A stretch of 57,699 nt of DNA from Candidatus Aminicenantes bacterium. Lineage in GTDB: Bacteria > Acidobacteriota > Aminicenantia > Aminicenantales > Saccharicenantaceae. Both the position numbers and the translations under genes were made by a program. The DNA lies in assembly GCA_002877915.1 (NCBI GenBank), contig PNJE01000079.1, forward strand, positions 1 to 57,699, read 5' to 3'. Below, in pieces: positions 40,857 through 53,300 of this stretch; position 1 is the first letter of the stretch, and each line of letters begins with the position of its first letter. A model generated the notes under the pieces. It did no database searches. It had not been told where the DNA came from and saw only the letters and a program-made list of their open reading frames with translations.

Positions 40857-43040
40857 ATGGAATGCCTCGAAGGAACAATTGAGCAGGTGATTTATTATAA
40901 TCCTGATAATGGCTATTCTGTTTTTAAGGTTAAAACTGAAAGAGGGGAGGTGACGGTCGTTGGTAATTTCCCTCCTCTTTCTCCTGGAGAATATCTTAAG
41001 TTAAATGGGCAGTGGGTTAATAACCAGAAATTTGGCCAGCAATTTCAGATGGAATCTTTTAGTTTAACCCTGCCGGCTTCAACCAAGGGGATAGAAAAAT
41101 TTTTAGCTTCCGGTTTAATAAGAGGTATCGGCCCGGTCCTGGCTAAAAGGATAGTTAAAAAATTTGGTGAAAATACAGCCCGGGTTTTAAATGATTCTCC
41201 AGAAAAATTAACTCAGGTTGAAGGAATCGGCCAGGTTAAATTTAAAGAAATTATTAAGTCCTGGGAAGAACACCGGGAAATCCGCGACCTGATTATTTTT
41301 CTTCAGGAGCATAATGTTTCGACCACCCTGACCTACAAGATTTACCGAGCTTACGGGCGCGCTTCGTTTGATATTCTGAGACGAAATCCCTATCAATTAG
41401 CGCTAGAGGTCAAGGGAATTGGATTTAAGACTGCGGATCAGATTGCCTTGAAACTTGGCCTGGCTTCTGACTCTCTTGAAAGAATCAAAGCTTATATCTT
41501 TTATCTTCTGGAAAAAGATAATGAACAGGGGCATGTTTTCTCTGTCGAGGCGGAAATAAAAGAAAAGTGTCAGCAGGAGCTTGGAGTAAACTCAGAGAGG
41601 ATAACTGAAGCTCTGAATTCTCTTCTGGGGAATCAGGCCATTATCAGAGAGGAATCAAAAGATGGGGATTTTCTTTATCTTCCCTTTTTTTATAGGGCCC
41701 AAGAAGAAGTTGCTTCCGCTATTGTTGCTTTGTCCAAAGCTTCCTGCCAGGTTCCGAACTTCGACTTAAACCGGAAAATAACTGAAATTGAAAATCTTCA
41801 GGGGCTGGTTTTTTCTCCGCTACAAAAAAAAGCCATCGCCAGCAGTCTGGAAAAGAAGCTGCTGATCATAACCGGGGGACCGGGGACGGGCAAGACTACC
41901 ATCATCAAGGCAGTGGTGGCAATTTTTGAGGAATGGGGGAAAAGAATTATTTTAGCTGCTCCCACTGGCCGGGCAGCCAAAAGGCTGTCCGAAACTACCG
42001 GTCGAGAAGCGAAAACCATTCATCGGTTATTGGAATATAAGCCCAAGGAAGGGCGGTTTAAGAGGGGTCCGGATTACCCGCTGAAAGCTGAAGCCCTGAT
42101 TGTGGATGAGGTTTCCATGGTTGATTTGCCTTTGATGTATCACCTGCTGCGAGCTGTCCCTCGAGAAATGAGGTTAATCCTGGTTGGAGATAAGGATCAG
42201 TTGCCCCCAGTTGGACCGGGTAATCTTCTACGGGACTTAATTGACTCGGGGATAGTAGAAGTTATAAGGCTGAATGAAATTTTTCGACAGGCGAAGGAAA
42301 GTCTAATTGTAGTTAATGCCCACCGGGTCAATCAAGGGTTGTCCCTGGTGTATCCGCCGAGAAAGGATCCGACCTCCGACTTTTATTTTATTCATCAGGA
42401 AGATGAAGAGAAGGTCTTCCAGTTGATTCTAAAACTCTGCCAAGTGAGTATCCCGCGTCGATTAGGCCTCAGTCCTCTTTCTACCCAGATTCAGGTAATA
42501 GCTCCAATGTATCGTGGGCTGGTAGGGGTTGATAGATTGAATGTCGAGCTGCAGAAAGCTATGAACCCGGCTTCTTCTGGCTTGAAGGTTGGAGCGAAGG
42601 AATTCCGGGTCCGGGATAAAGTAATGCAGATCAGAAATAATTACGACAAAGAAGTTTTTAACGGTGACTTAGGAACAATTGTTCAAATCAACCCGGAAAA
42701 ATTTGGAGTGCTGGTAGATTTTGATGGCCGATTGGTTTCTTATGAAAAGGAAGAACTGTCTGACCTGGTTCTGGCCTATGCCATTTCTGTGCACAAAGCT
42801 CAGGGCAATGAATATCAAGCGGTGGTTATGCCCTTACTCACTCAACATTATCTGATGCTTCAACGCAACCTGTTTTATACTGCCCTTACTCGGGCCAGAA
42901 AGCTCAGTATTATTATCGGTTCCTATCGGGCGCTCCACATTGCTATTAAGAATGATCAACCAATCAGAAGAAATTGCCGGCTGAAAGAAAAAATAAAAGC
43001 CTTGATTGAAGGCCGACCAGAAAACTGGCGTTTGTATTAA
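40857..43040 (+). CDS. recD2: ATP-dependent RecD2-like DNA helicase
   Basis: N-terminal OB/HhH ([15 protein letters not shown]), [32 protein letters not shown] and [10 protein letters not shown]. Confidence 0.93.
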   Translation: MECLEGTIEQVIYYNPDNGYSVFKVKTERGEVTVVGNFPPLSPGEYLKLNGQWVNNQKFGQQFQMESFSLTLPASTKGIEKFLASGLIRGIGPVLAKRIVKKFGENTARVLNDSPEKLTQVEGIGQVKFKEIIKSWEEHREIRDLIIFLQEHNVSTTLTYKIYRAYGRASFDILRRNPYQLALEVKGIGFKTADQIALKLGLASDSLERIKAYIFYLLEKDNEQGHVFSVEAEIKEKCQQELGVNSERITEALNSLLGNQAIIREESKDGDFLYLPFFYRAQEEVASAIVALSKASCQVPNFDLNRKITEIENLQGLVFSPLQKKAIASSLEKKLLIITGGPGTGKTTIIKAVVAIFEEWGKRIILAAPTGRAAKRLSETTGREAKTIHRLLEYKPKEGRFKRGPDYPLKAEALIVDEVSMVDLPLMYHLLRAVPREMRLILVGDKDQLPPVGPGNLLRDLIDSGIVEVIRLNEIFRQAKESLIVVNAHRVNQGLSLVYPPRKDPTSDFYFIHQEDEEKVFQLILKLCQVSIPRRLGLSPLSTQIQVIAPMYRGLVGVDRLNVELQKAMNPASSGLKVGAKEFRVRDKVMQIRNNYDKEVFNGDLGTIVQINPEKFGVLVDFDGRLVSYEKEELSDLVLAYAISVHKAQGNEYQAVVMPLLTQHYLMLQRNLFYTALTRARKLSIIIGSYRALHIAIKNDQPIRRNCRLKEKIKALIEGRPENWRLY

Positions 43041-43086
43041 TCCGATACTTCGGTATAATAGACCAAAGAGAAAGGAGACCAGAAGA

Positions 43087-43257
43087 ATGGAAAAATGGGA
43101 ATGCACCGTGTGTGGCTATGTTTATGACCCAGAGGTTGGCGATGCTGACAGCAATATTCCGCCAGGCACCCCTTTTGAATCCCTTCCCGATGACTGGGTT
43201 TGTCCCCAGTGTGGAGCCAGTAAGGATTTATTTCAGAAAGTAGAAGAAGCTAAATGA
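43087..43257 (+). CDS. Rubredoxin
   Basis: [15 protein letters not shown]...[14 protein letters not shown]; AAGGAG upstream. Confidence 0.95.
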   Translation: MEKWECTVCGYVYDPEVGDADSNIPPGTPFESLPDDWVCPQCGASKDLFQKVEEAK

Positions 43258-43289
43258 CTCACTGACGGCGGAAAGAAAAAGATTGGAAA

Positions 43290-43406
43290 ATGAGAGTTGT
43301 AATTGTAGGGAATGGTCTGGCTGGGATAATGACCGGCAAAACCATCAGGGAACTGGATGCTTCGGCTGAGATCATTATTTTTAGTGAGGCTAATTTTATA
43401 GAGTGA
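43290..43406 (+). pseudogene. Truncated FAD/NAD(P)H oxidoreductase (rubredoxin reductase/NirB-like N-terminus, 38 aa)
   Basis: MRVVIVGNGLAGIMTGKTIRELDASAEIIIFSEANFIE* is a Rossmann GxGxxG start that stops right after the second strand. Confidence 0.75.
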
Positions 43407-43419
43407 CAAGGAGAAGAAA

Positions 43420-44436
43420 ATGACCAGATCAAAGAGATTCCTGGTTATTGGCCTGGTTGCTCTGTCGCTGTCCATATATGGCCAGGCTCAAGTAAAATTC
43501 AGCGGCTATTTTTCTTTCGAGTATTTGAAGAGCCAGGCTGAGGGGATGTACCCCCAGGGGACTTTCGAAAATCTCTATGGGGGGCTGGCCGCTTCAGGCG
43601 TGATTTCAGGTAGTCTGACCTTTCTGACCGAGGTTCAGGCCAGGTCTCAGGAGAATTTTACTTTAAGGCAAGCTTATCTTTCCTTTCAGGGAAGCAATCT
43701 TTTCCAGTTCAAGTTTGGTTTATTTGAGATTCCCTTTGGCCAGTACAATACTTCAGCCCGGCCCTATCAAACTTTAACTGTTCTGAGACCGCTGGTTTTC
43801 CATTTTTTCCCGTACCGCTGGAGTGATCTCGGAATTTGTTGGGAAAGTAATTACAAAATAATTTATCTTTCCACTTATATAATTAATGGCCTCTCGGCTG
43901 ACGAGCAGGGTTATTTGAGGTCAACTATTAAAGATGTCAATAAAAATAAAGGAGCTGGAGAAAGACTCGGCCTTAGATTCGGTGAGGGTGTGGAATTAGG
44001 TGGTTCCTTTTATCGCGGTAAATATGATTCTGCCGGAACCAAGGCCATTCAATTTGAAGGATTTGACCTTGTTTGGGTCAATCCGGAATGGGAAGTCAGG
44101 GGCGAATATATTAAATCCATTTATGATCATCCCTTTCTGAATCAAAAAATGAATTTTGATGGATATTATCTAATCGTCAGCCTGGTTATAAAAAAGCTAC
44201 ATCCTTATTTTAGCTACCAGAAATCAGCGGTTCCCCAATGCGTGGTAGACGACCAGAATGGTCCACCCCTGAACATATTTCTTGACAGCATGGTTAAAAA
44301 GAGGCGAATCGCCGCCGGTTTAAAGCTGGACATCCTCGATAATTTTTATGCCAAGCTGGAATATGATTGGAATAAGGAAAAAAATATAAGTATTAAAGAT
44401 AATAATTTATCCATTCAACTGGGATTTAATTTTTGA
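43420..44436 (+). CDS. Outer-membrane porin-like beta-barrel
   Basis: Signal peptide (GQA|Q), QAYLSF, FKFGLFEIPFG, alternating beta-strands and C-terminal QLGFNF. Confidence 0.7.
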   Translation: MTRSKRFLVIGLVALSLSIYGQAQVKFSGYFSFEYLKSQAEGMYPQGTFENLYGGLAASGVISGSLTFLTEVQARSQENFTLRQAYLSFQGSNLFQFKFGLFEIPFGQYNTSARPYQTLTVLRPLVFHFFPYRWSDLGICWESNYKIIYLSTYIINGLSADEQGYLRSTIKDVNKNKGAGERLGLRFGEGVELGGSFYRGKYDSAGTKAIQFEGFDLVWVNPEWEVRGEYIKSIYDHPFLNQKMNFDGYYLIVSLVIKKLHPYFSYQKSAVPQCVVDDQNGPPLNIFLDSMVKKRRIAAGLKLDILDNFYAKLEYDWNKEKNISIKDNNLSIQLGFNF

Positions 44437-44544
44437 GCCTTTAAGCGTCCATATAAATCTGATAAAATACCTGCTGTTTGTTTCTGTCGGCCAGCGGGAA
44501 AATCGCCCTGGCGGAAATAGGAAATAGAAGAAGGATAAAATAAA

Positions 44545-45850
44545 ATGGCTAATTTGCTGGTTATTGGAACTCAGTGGGGAGATGAGGGTAAAGGTAAAAT
44601 TGTAGATTTTCTGGCTCCGGCTTTTGAAATTATTGCCCGGTATCAGGGCGGACATAATGCCGGTCACACAGTATATTTATCAGGAAAGAAAATTGTTCTT
44701 CATTTGATTCCCTCGGGTATTCTCCATCCAGATAAAATCTGTGTCATCGGCAATGGTCTGGTGCTGAGCCCCCAGGCTTTTTTCAAAGAAATTGAGGATT
44801 TGAAGTGCTTGGGGATTGAAGTTACCCCCAAAAGATTAGTGGTCAGCCGGGCTGCTCAGGTTATAATGCCATATCATCCGCTGATGGAAAAAATCAGCGA
44901 GCAGTTGAGAGGCAAAAAAATGATTGGGACCACCTGTCGGGGGATAGGTCCATGCTATGAAGATAAGGCCTCCCGCTGGGGGATAAGAGTGGCTGATCTT
45001 TTAGAACCGGAAGTCCTTCTGGAAAAAATAGAAGATAACCTTATGGCCAAAAATAAAATTCTGGAGGCCTTCGGCTATGCTCCTTTGAAGGCGGCTGACA
45101 TATTCTCTGAATACCGGGACCTGGGCGAAAGACTGGCTCCTTATGTTCAGGATACTTCAGTTTATCTTATGAAAATGATTAAATCTGGCCAATCGATTCT
45201 TTACGAAGGGGCTCAGGGTTCACTTCTGGATATTGACCACGGTACCTTTCCATTTGTTACTTCCTCTTCCTGTACCGCCGGGGGTGTGTGCACTGGCCTC
45301 GGCCTCAGCCCAAAGCAAATAAATTATGTTTTGGGAATTACCAAAGCTTATACCACCAGAGTCGGAAGTGGTCCTTTCCCGACTGAACTCAAGGATGAAG
45401 TTGGGGCTCTGATTGCCAGTAAGGGTGATGAATTTGGGGCGACCACCGGGCTGGTTCGATGCCGTGGCTGTTCGATCGGCCATCCGCATTAATGGAGTAG
45501 ACTCGCTGGCTCTGACCAAGCCTGATGTGCTGGAAGGTTTAAAGGAAATTAAAGCCTGCTTTGCTTATCGCTACAAAGGATCCAGATTAGATGAATTTCC
45601 CTCTGAGCCATGGATTCTGGAAAGAGTCGAGCCTGAATATCGGAGCTTTCCGCTCTGGTCAGGTAGCCTCCACCGGTTGAGAGAGCCAGAACAGCTACCG
45701 TCTGGTTTTAAAGATTACCTTAGTTGGCTGGAGGATGTCCTGGAGACCAAGGTGGCCCTGATTTCCACCGGGGTAGATCGCCAGGATATGATTTACCGGA
45801 AAGAAGAACTTCAAAAAATGCTCGGTCCAAAGGCGGAAAAACTTTTTTAA
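44545..45850 (+). pseudogene. purA: Adenylosuccinate synthetase, frameshifted near 45450
   Basis: The 5' frame (44545) has GTQWGDEGKGK, GGHNAGHT and YTTRVGSGPFPTE...EFGATTG. The 3' frame continues GWFDAVA...TKPDVL...STG to 45850. The RPRRC-type motif between them is absent. Confidence 0.88.
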
Positions 45851-45888
45851 GTGGATTTTTGATTAGCCGGGCCCGGGGAGAATAACCC

Positions 45889-47037
45889 ATGAGAATTGAC
45901 CAAGCCCACCTTTCCTGGGTTGAAATCAGCCGTGATTCTTTTTTCCATAATGTTCAAGAATTTAAAAAAAGACTAGGCCCAACTCAATTGATGGCCGTGG
46001 TCAAAGCCAATGCTTATGGACATGGCCTGCTGGAAATTGCCCGTCTGGCTGGAGAAGCCGGTATCGGCTGGCTGGGAGTAAATAGCATAGAAGAAGGAAT
46101 GACTCTGAGGGAAGCTGGGATTGGCCAACGGGTGGTTATTCTTGGATACGTTCCCTTAACTAAGGCCAAAGAAGTGGTTAGATATGATTTAAGGACTATA
46201 ATCTACAATCCAGATAATCTAAAAGCCTTAGCTGAGGCCGCCCGCCAGCTGAAGAAGAAAGCCTTTATTCATTTAAAAGTAGAGACGGGAACAAACCGCC
46301 AGGGAATTCCTATAAAAAAACTCGGCAATATTTACAAATTGATTAAAGCCAGACCTGAGGTCGTTCTGGAAGGGATATCCTCTCATTTTGCCAATATTGA
46401 AGATACCACGGATGATTTTTACCCGCGTTTCCAGCTCCAAAATTTTATTGAGGCGATAAACTGGTTTAAAAACCAGGGAGTAGAAATTCCGATTAAGCAT
46501 ATCGCCTGTACCGCCGCCAGTATTCTTTTTCCGGAAACCTATTTTGATTTAGCCAGAGTTGGCTTGGGCCTTTATGGATTGTGGCCCTCCAAAGAGACAT
46601 TGGTTTCCTGCCGGCGACGAGGCCAGGAGCCCCTGAAACTCAAGCCGGTTTTAAGCTGGCGAGCACGGGTAGCTCAAATCAAGCCGGTTCCCCGGGGAGC
46701 TTATATCGGCTATGGCTGTACCTATAGAACTACCCGGCCGACCAAGCTGGCTATTGTTCCGGTTGGCTATTATGATGGCTATGATCGCAGCCTTTCTAAT
46801 ACCGCTTATGTTCTTATAAGAGGGAAAAGGGCTCCAGTCAGAGGGCGAGTCTGCATGAATTTTATCATGGTTGATATTAGTGATATTCCTGGAGTAAAAC
46901 TTGAAGATCGGGTGACCCTGATTGGGACCGACGGCCAAGACAGAATTACTGCCGATCAATTGGCTGCTTTAGCTGGAACCATTAGTTATGAAATTATCAG
47001 CCGGATTAATCCTCTGATTCCTCGAATGGTAATTTGA
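45889..47037 (+). CDS. alr: Alanine racemase
   Basis: AVVKANAYGHG, HLKVETGTNRQG, SHFA, GYYDGY, GRVCMN and GTISYEI. Confidence 0.95.
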   Translation: MRIDQAHLSWVEISRDSFFHNVQEFKKRLGPTQLMAVVKANAYGHGLLEIARLAGEAGIGWLGVNSIEEGMTLREAGIGQRVVILGYVPLTKAKEVVRYDLRTIIYNPDNLKALAEAARQLKKKAFIHLKVETGTNRQGIPIKKLGNIYKLIKARPEVVLEGISSHFANIEDTTDDFYPRFQLQNFIEAINWFKNQGVEIPIKHIACTAASILFPETYFDLARVGLGLYGLWPSKETLVSCRRRGQEPLKLKPVLSWRARVAQIKPVPRGAYIGYGCTYRTTRPTKLAIVPVGYYDGYDRSLSNTAYVLIRGKRAPVRGRVCMNFIMVDISDIPGVKLEDRVTLIGTDGQDRITADQLAALAGTISYEIISRINPLIPRMVI

Positions 47038-47331
47038 AAGCCTGAAACAAAATCCTAAGCAAGACCTAAATTGATTTTTTGGGGTGGGCTGGAAATTCAG
47101 CTTAAACGGCGTGGCTGATGATGAGAACCTCGGGAATTTAAATTTTTTTCCTGGGAGAAGGAGTTTGGGCAGTGCAGTTATTGAGAAATAGAGAATTTTA
47201 TTAATCGATTAATTTTTAAAAGATAGACCCGGATTTAAAATAAGCGGCTGCGGTCAGCAGAAACAATGGGAAGGTAAGCTTAAAAATTAATTTGGTTGAA
47301 TAATAAGTTAATCAAAAGTTATAATTTTTAT

Positions 47332-50300
47332 ATGGGATTAACCGAGGGACCAAAGAAAAAAAAGTTTGTCCGAAAAATCTTTAAAATCCTGGCCTGGACG
47401 ACTGGTATTGCGGCTATCATTATTCTTTCAGTTGCTTTATTGCTGGAAACCAGAATGGCTGGGAAAATAATCTTGAAGATGGCCGGGAAAATTTTAAACC
47501 AGCAAGCTGGATTGATAGTCAAGGCAGAAAGTGTCCAGCTGAATATTTTTAAACTTCAGGCTTCTATTAAAGGTCTTGAAGTTCGGCCAACAGAAAAGAG
47601 CCAGTTACCGCTGAATTATTTTTCCTGTCAAAAAGTTTTACTGCGCTCTGGTTGGAAATCAATAACCGGCCAAAGTCTTTACCTAAAAGACCTGGAAGTT
47701 ATCGGACCTAAAATCTACCTGAAATCGACTGCCGGCAAAGAAGAAAAAATAAAAACGGCTGATAAATCTGGTAGGAAATCTCCCCAAAAATTTAAGTTTC
47801 GTCTCGATAATCTGGAGATAAAAGAGGCCTTATTTTCGTTTCAGGATATGAACCAGGCAATTTCTGCCAGTGTTTCTGGAGTGGAGATAAAAGTTCTTTA
47901 TCAGCCGGCCAGTGGATGGCACCAAGCCTGGATGCATACCTCCTTAGGAATATTTGAAATTGGGTCTGCCCGTAAGATTTTAAAGAGCCTGGATCTGGAG
48001 GCGGACTTTAATTCCACCCAGATAAACCTAAGGAAATTTTACCTGAGCACGGCCCAAACGAATCTCAACCTGGCAGGTGAAATAAAAGATTACCTGAGGG
48101 AGGCTAAACTGGCTTTAAATTTTTCCGGAAAGGTAAATCTGGATGAGTTTAATGACCTGGTTAAAAGTCCGGAAAAAAGTTCTGGCGATTTAAACTTTAA
48201 TTTCAAACTTATTGGAAAACTGCCAGATATAAGCTTAGCGGGAGAGTTAGAGGGGACAGCCCTATCCATTAATGGGATTAATCCGGTTGATATTAACCTG
48301 GCCGTAAAACCGGTGGACAAATCTAACGAACTGGTTGAGGGCCTGATTAAAATGCCAACTGGACAAATATCGCTTAAGGCAAAATTGCTGTCAGATTTTA
48401 GGGGACCGTTCCAATCTCAACTGATCCTGAACAGGATTGATTTAAGCCAGCTTTCATCTATTTCCCCCCGATTTCCTTTTATTCTAAATTCGGTTTTAAC
48501 TGGAAAAGTGGAAGTTAGCGGGACGGAATTATCTCCAAAAAAAATCAGGGCGAAGATTGAATGGCAATCAAGCCCGATAGAGAAAAGTTTTTCTGCCAGT
48601 GGAACCCGAGCGTTTGTGCCTATCATATCTGAGATTAAGGCTTTTTATGCCCCGGGAAAATTGGAAATTCAAAATTTATCCCTCAAAGTTTTTCAGACTG
48701 ATTTTAATTTTAAAGGGGTTCTTACTGATGGAGATAAAATTACTGGGCGCCTGCTCCTTAATCTGCCCGATATTGGGGTGGTCAGGGCAAATCTTTTATC
48801 TTCTGGTCTGAACGACATTTTTCCTAGGGTTAATTCCAGGCTAAATAAATTGGGCGATTTGAAAGGTCGACTGCGGCTGGAAGGTGAGTTCCGTGGTTCT
48901 CTCAAGCGCCCTGAGTTGGACCTGGCTTTAAAAGGCGATAATTTTTCTTTAAGAAAAGTTTTTGTTCCCCGGCTGGAAATCTCGTTATCCGGAACCCCCG
49001 ATCAGATGAAAATCCAGGAATTTGTGGTTGAGTTTGACCGCGGACGGATAGAGGGTTCTGGCGAGCTTTTAGTACAGGAAAAAGTCAGTTCTTACCCCTA
49101 TAAATTTGAAGGCCAGATAGCCTTTTCAAAGATTGATCTTGGCCAATTTAATGAACTTCTCCCTAAAGACGGTCATCAGAATCTAAATGGTTTCTTATCG
49201 GGTCTGGTAAAGATGAAGGGGAGCCCATCTTTTCCATCCATTGACTTCGGCTTGAGCTTAGACCAGCTTTCCTATGGCCACCAGGGAATTGATTCTTTGG
49301 AAATAGCCGGCAGCTATCAAAACGAAATTCTTCGAGTGGAAAAATTATTAATGATCAAAGCTGAAAGTCAATTGGCTGGCCATTTTATTTTTATTCATAA
49401 AACTGGAGAATTACAGGCAGATTTGAACGCTGAGAATTTTAAAGCTGACTTTCTAAAAGCTTGGGTCCCGGCAATTCGGTCAGGTCAAATTGATTTTCAT
49501 CTTAAGAGCTCGGGATTATGGAAATCTCCAGTTCTTGATTTTCAACTCGTCGGCCAGGGAGTAATGATAGAAAGAATCTGGCTGCCATATTTCGAGCTAA
49601 AAATTTCAGGAGATGGCCAGAGAGGGCAGGCGCAACTGGAAGTTCCTCTCTTTAACCTAAGTCTCGAAGCTGGACTCGAATTTAATAGCCCTTACTGGTT
49701 GAAAGGACAGGCCAGGATTAAGCAAATGCCCCTGTCCTTACTTGCGGGCCTCAGGCCAGAAGTTGAAGAAGTCCCACCAGAAGTAGCCTTAAACTTAAAG
49801 GCCGATTTCTCTCTGCCGTTAGAAGATCTGGCCAAACTCCAGGCCCAGCTGAAATTTGAAGATTTTGACTTTAAAGGATTGGCAACCTTGGTGCCATCTT
49901 TAAAAAATCTAAACCCCGGGGGAAAGGCTGATGGTCAGATCACGATTAATGGATTTTCTCCTGATCTTTCTCGGGTCCAGATCTTAGCTGAAATTCCGAA
50001 TCTAAATTTGAGGCTCAATGATCTGGAGGTAAAAAACGACTTCCCCTTGAAATTGGCCTGGGAAGATGGAGACTTGAAAATTCTGGATTTTAATCTTTCG
50101 ACCGGAAAATCAAGGCTCAAGCTTTCTGGGCATTCTCGAATCAAGAACTTTCAGAATCCGGAACTTGATTTTTCTCTCTGGAGTGATTTGGAAATTTCAG
50201 ATTTCAATCCCTGGCTGACAGGTTTAAGTGCCGGTGGCCGGTTTCAACTCCAGGCTGATTTAAAAGGAGATCGGCAAAATCCCCTGGTGGAGGGGAAAGG

Positions 50301-53300
50301 GGATTTCAAGGAAATTTTTGTTCGATTTTTAGATCTGCCCATTTTGGTCAGCAATGTTAATGGACTTATCGAAGTTGATAATTCCAAAATCAGGCTAAAA
50401 CAGTTCAACGGCCGAGCCAACTCGGGCGATTTTGCCAGCTCAGGAGAAGCCTTTTTTGGCCCGGCTTTTAGCCTGGAGTCAGCTAAGATTGATTTTAATC
50501 TTAATGATTTTGATTTTAATTATCAGGGGCTTTCCACCCTATCCAAAGCCAGGTTGAACTTGAACCGGAATAAACAGGGCTGGCTGCTAAGCGGGGATCT
50601 TTCGGTTTTAAGCGCTAACTATAGACAGGATTTTTTCCCCAGCACTCAAGGCCTGAAAATGGCTTTGACCAGGGTTTCGCCGGTAGGGACAGAAATTCCG
50701 CCTTTTCTTTATGAGGTGGCTCTTGATGTCAATGTGCAGACGATAGAAAACATAATTATCAAAAACAACTTGGCTGACCTGGAACTTAAAGCCAACCTCA
50801 AAGCTAAAGGGACGGTGCCGGCTCCCATTTTATCAGGCCGGATAGAAAATGCTTACCCAGGGGAGATCGTTATTGGAGAGCGTCGATACTCAGTGGAAAG
50901 AATGCAGATTGATTTTCTGGGGAAAGAAAATCTTGAGCCTAATTTAGATATCTCTCTTAAGAGTAACGTTACCGACCAGGAAGAAGAAGTAGAAGTGAAC
51001 GTTAATCTTTCCGGGACTCCTTCCGAACTTAAGTTTTCCCTGAGTTCAACTCCAACCCGCTCTCAAGAAGACCTGGCTGCTCTGCTGCTTACTGGGAAAA
51101 GCCTGAAAGAAGTTCAGGGCTCGGCGGTCAATACCATCAGTTCTCAGCTAATCCAGCAATTTTCCAGTCCTCTAACTTCTCCCGTCACCAGAACATTGAA
51201 AAAATGGCTTAAAGCGGAGGATGTTATCCTTGAGCCTTTAAACATTGCTACCCTCCAGGATCCGGGTGCCCGGCTGACTATTAAGAAAAGGATGACCAGG
51301 GAAGTGGCTGTTACCTATTCCATTAATTTAGCCAACAGCCAGTATCAGACCTGGATTCTGGATTATAACCTCAGACGTAACTTTTCTTTGAGAGGTTTCC
51401 GTCAGGACGATGGCACGGTCGGCCTTAACTTAAGGCATAGATTCTCCTTAGGCCATAAAACATCAGAATTGGGGGTTAAAGAAGAGGTCCCGAGAAAGAT
51501 ATTAAAACAGGTTGAAATAAAAGGGGAGGCAGTTATCTCTCCAGACGAAGCCAAGAAAATTTTAAATCTTAAAACTGGAAAGCAATTTAATAATTTCAAA
51601 GTCCAGAAGTCCTTAGAACGATTGGCTTCATGGTATAGAAAAAAAGGTTATGCCAATGCTCGTTTTGAAACCAGAAAAGAAGAAACCGGAGAGGCTGTTT
51701 CCTTATCGATTTCTATTGATGCTGGTCGGCCGGTGGAATTTCGATTCGAGGGAGATCGACTTCCAGCCCGTCTGAGAAAGAAAGCTTTGAATTCCTGGGT
51801 AAATCGCCTGCCAGAGGAAGCTAACTTAAGTCAGCTTCAGCAGATGGTGCTTCTTGAACTTGAACGGCGTGGTTATTACCAGTCAGTGGTTAACGTCCGG
51901 AAAATGGAAGAAAATAATAAAATTATTTATCTGACCGAAGTAAGAACGGGAGGAAAATGGAAAATAAAGAGCTTCCGACTTGAGGGTCACCCAGTTTTTA
52001 AGGAGTCGCTTATCAGGCGGGTGGTTTCCAATTACTTTGGAGCCAAAGCCAGCGGTTTGTGGAACTTGATCTATGACCGCCGGGTAGCCCTGGAACTCAT
52101 TCAGTATTTTTACTTAGAAAACGGTTACCTTCAGGCGAGGATAGAATCCCCGCTGGTAAAAGAAAATTCAGGAAAAAGGGAACTGAATTTAAGTTTAAAA
52201 ATAGAAGCTGGTCCTCAGAGCCATGTCCGTTCTATCAAGTTTGAGGGCTATAAAGCAAAAACTGAATCCGAACTCGAAAAGATATTGACCCTAAAACCGG
52301 GAAGTATATTTAGCTGGCCAGCTCTCACTGAAAATAAAACTGCTCTTATCAATTATTATCGGAGTGCTGGTTTTAAAGAAGTGAAGGTAGAAAGCCGGGC
52401 CGAGCCGGTCGAGGGAAGCCCTGATTACCAGGTAGTTTTTATTCTGGAAGAGGGTCAGCCGTTTCTTGTGTCCGAAGTGGAAATTTCCGGTGTCAGGCGC
52501 ACCCGGCCATCGTTTATCCTTAAAGAATCTGGACTAAAGTTAGGAGAACCGGTCAGCCTGGAAAGAATGGCCCAGGCTCAGAAAAACCTCTATGATTCCG
52601 GCGTTTTCCAGATGGTTAATATGAGCTCGGCCCCAGAGGCTTCTCAATCGCTACGGGAAAAAATATTAATCCAGGTCAAGGAACAACCCTGGATGACTCT
52701 GACTTATGGCCTTCAGTACAATAGCGAAACTAAGTTTGAAGGCTTCACTCAGTTTGATTTTAATAACCTTTTCGGCTGGGGCTGGAATAGCCTTCTTTTC
52801 TTAAGAGCCAATAAGAGGCAGCAGGAGGCCAGATATTCTCTAAAAGTACCGTTTATTTTTTCCAGGAAAACTAATTCCTTGCTTTCTTTTTATTATTTAA
52901 AAGATATCAAGGACCTATATATTACCGAGCAGATAGGTACCAGCTTCCAACAAAAGATCTCTGTCGTCCGGGGTTTCGATGTCAGCTGGGTTTATAAACT
53001 TAACCGCATACATGATTATGAGCCGACCCCGTCGTGGCCATTTCCATATGATGTCAGGGTATTAACCTCAGAAATTTCAATTTTGGTCAACCGGGATACC
53101 CGTGATGATCAGTTTGATCCGCACCGTGGTTCATTGCTTACTGCTAACTTCAGCTATTCTCCGAGATTTCTTGGTTCACAGCTAAATTATATCAGCACCT
53201 TCACTCAATTTACTATGTATAAGACCATTGTTCCCGGATTGCTCTGGGCGTCCTGCTATCGCCTGGGGTTGGCCAGTGCTTTTGGGGAAGTGTTAATTCC

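Noticed and set aside
45413-45492. Programmed ribosomal frameshift in purA
   Set aside because: No slippery sequence is present and conserved residues are physically missing, so a deletion explains it better.
47080-47135. Possible fluoride riboswitch (…TTAAACGGC…GCTGATGATG…)
   Set aside because: The 5' GAUGG/P1 and pseudoknot pairing are missing, and the downstream gene is unrelated to fluoride. An Infernal search would be needed to reconsider.
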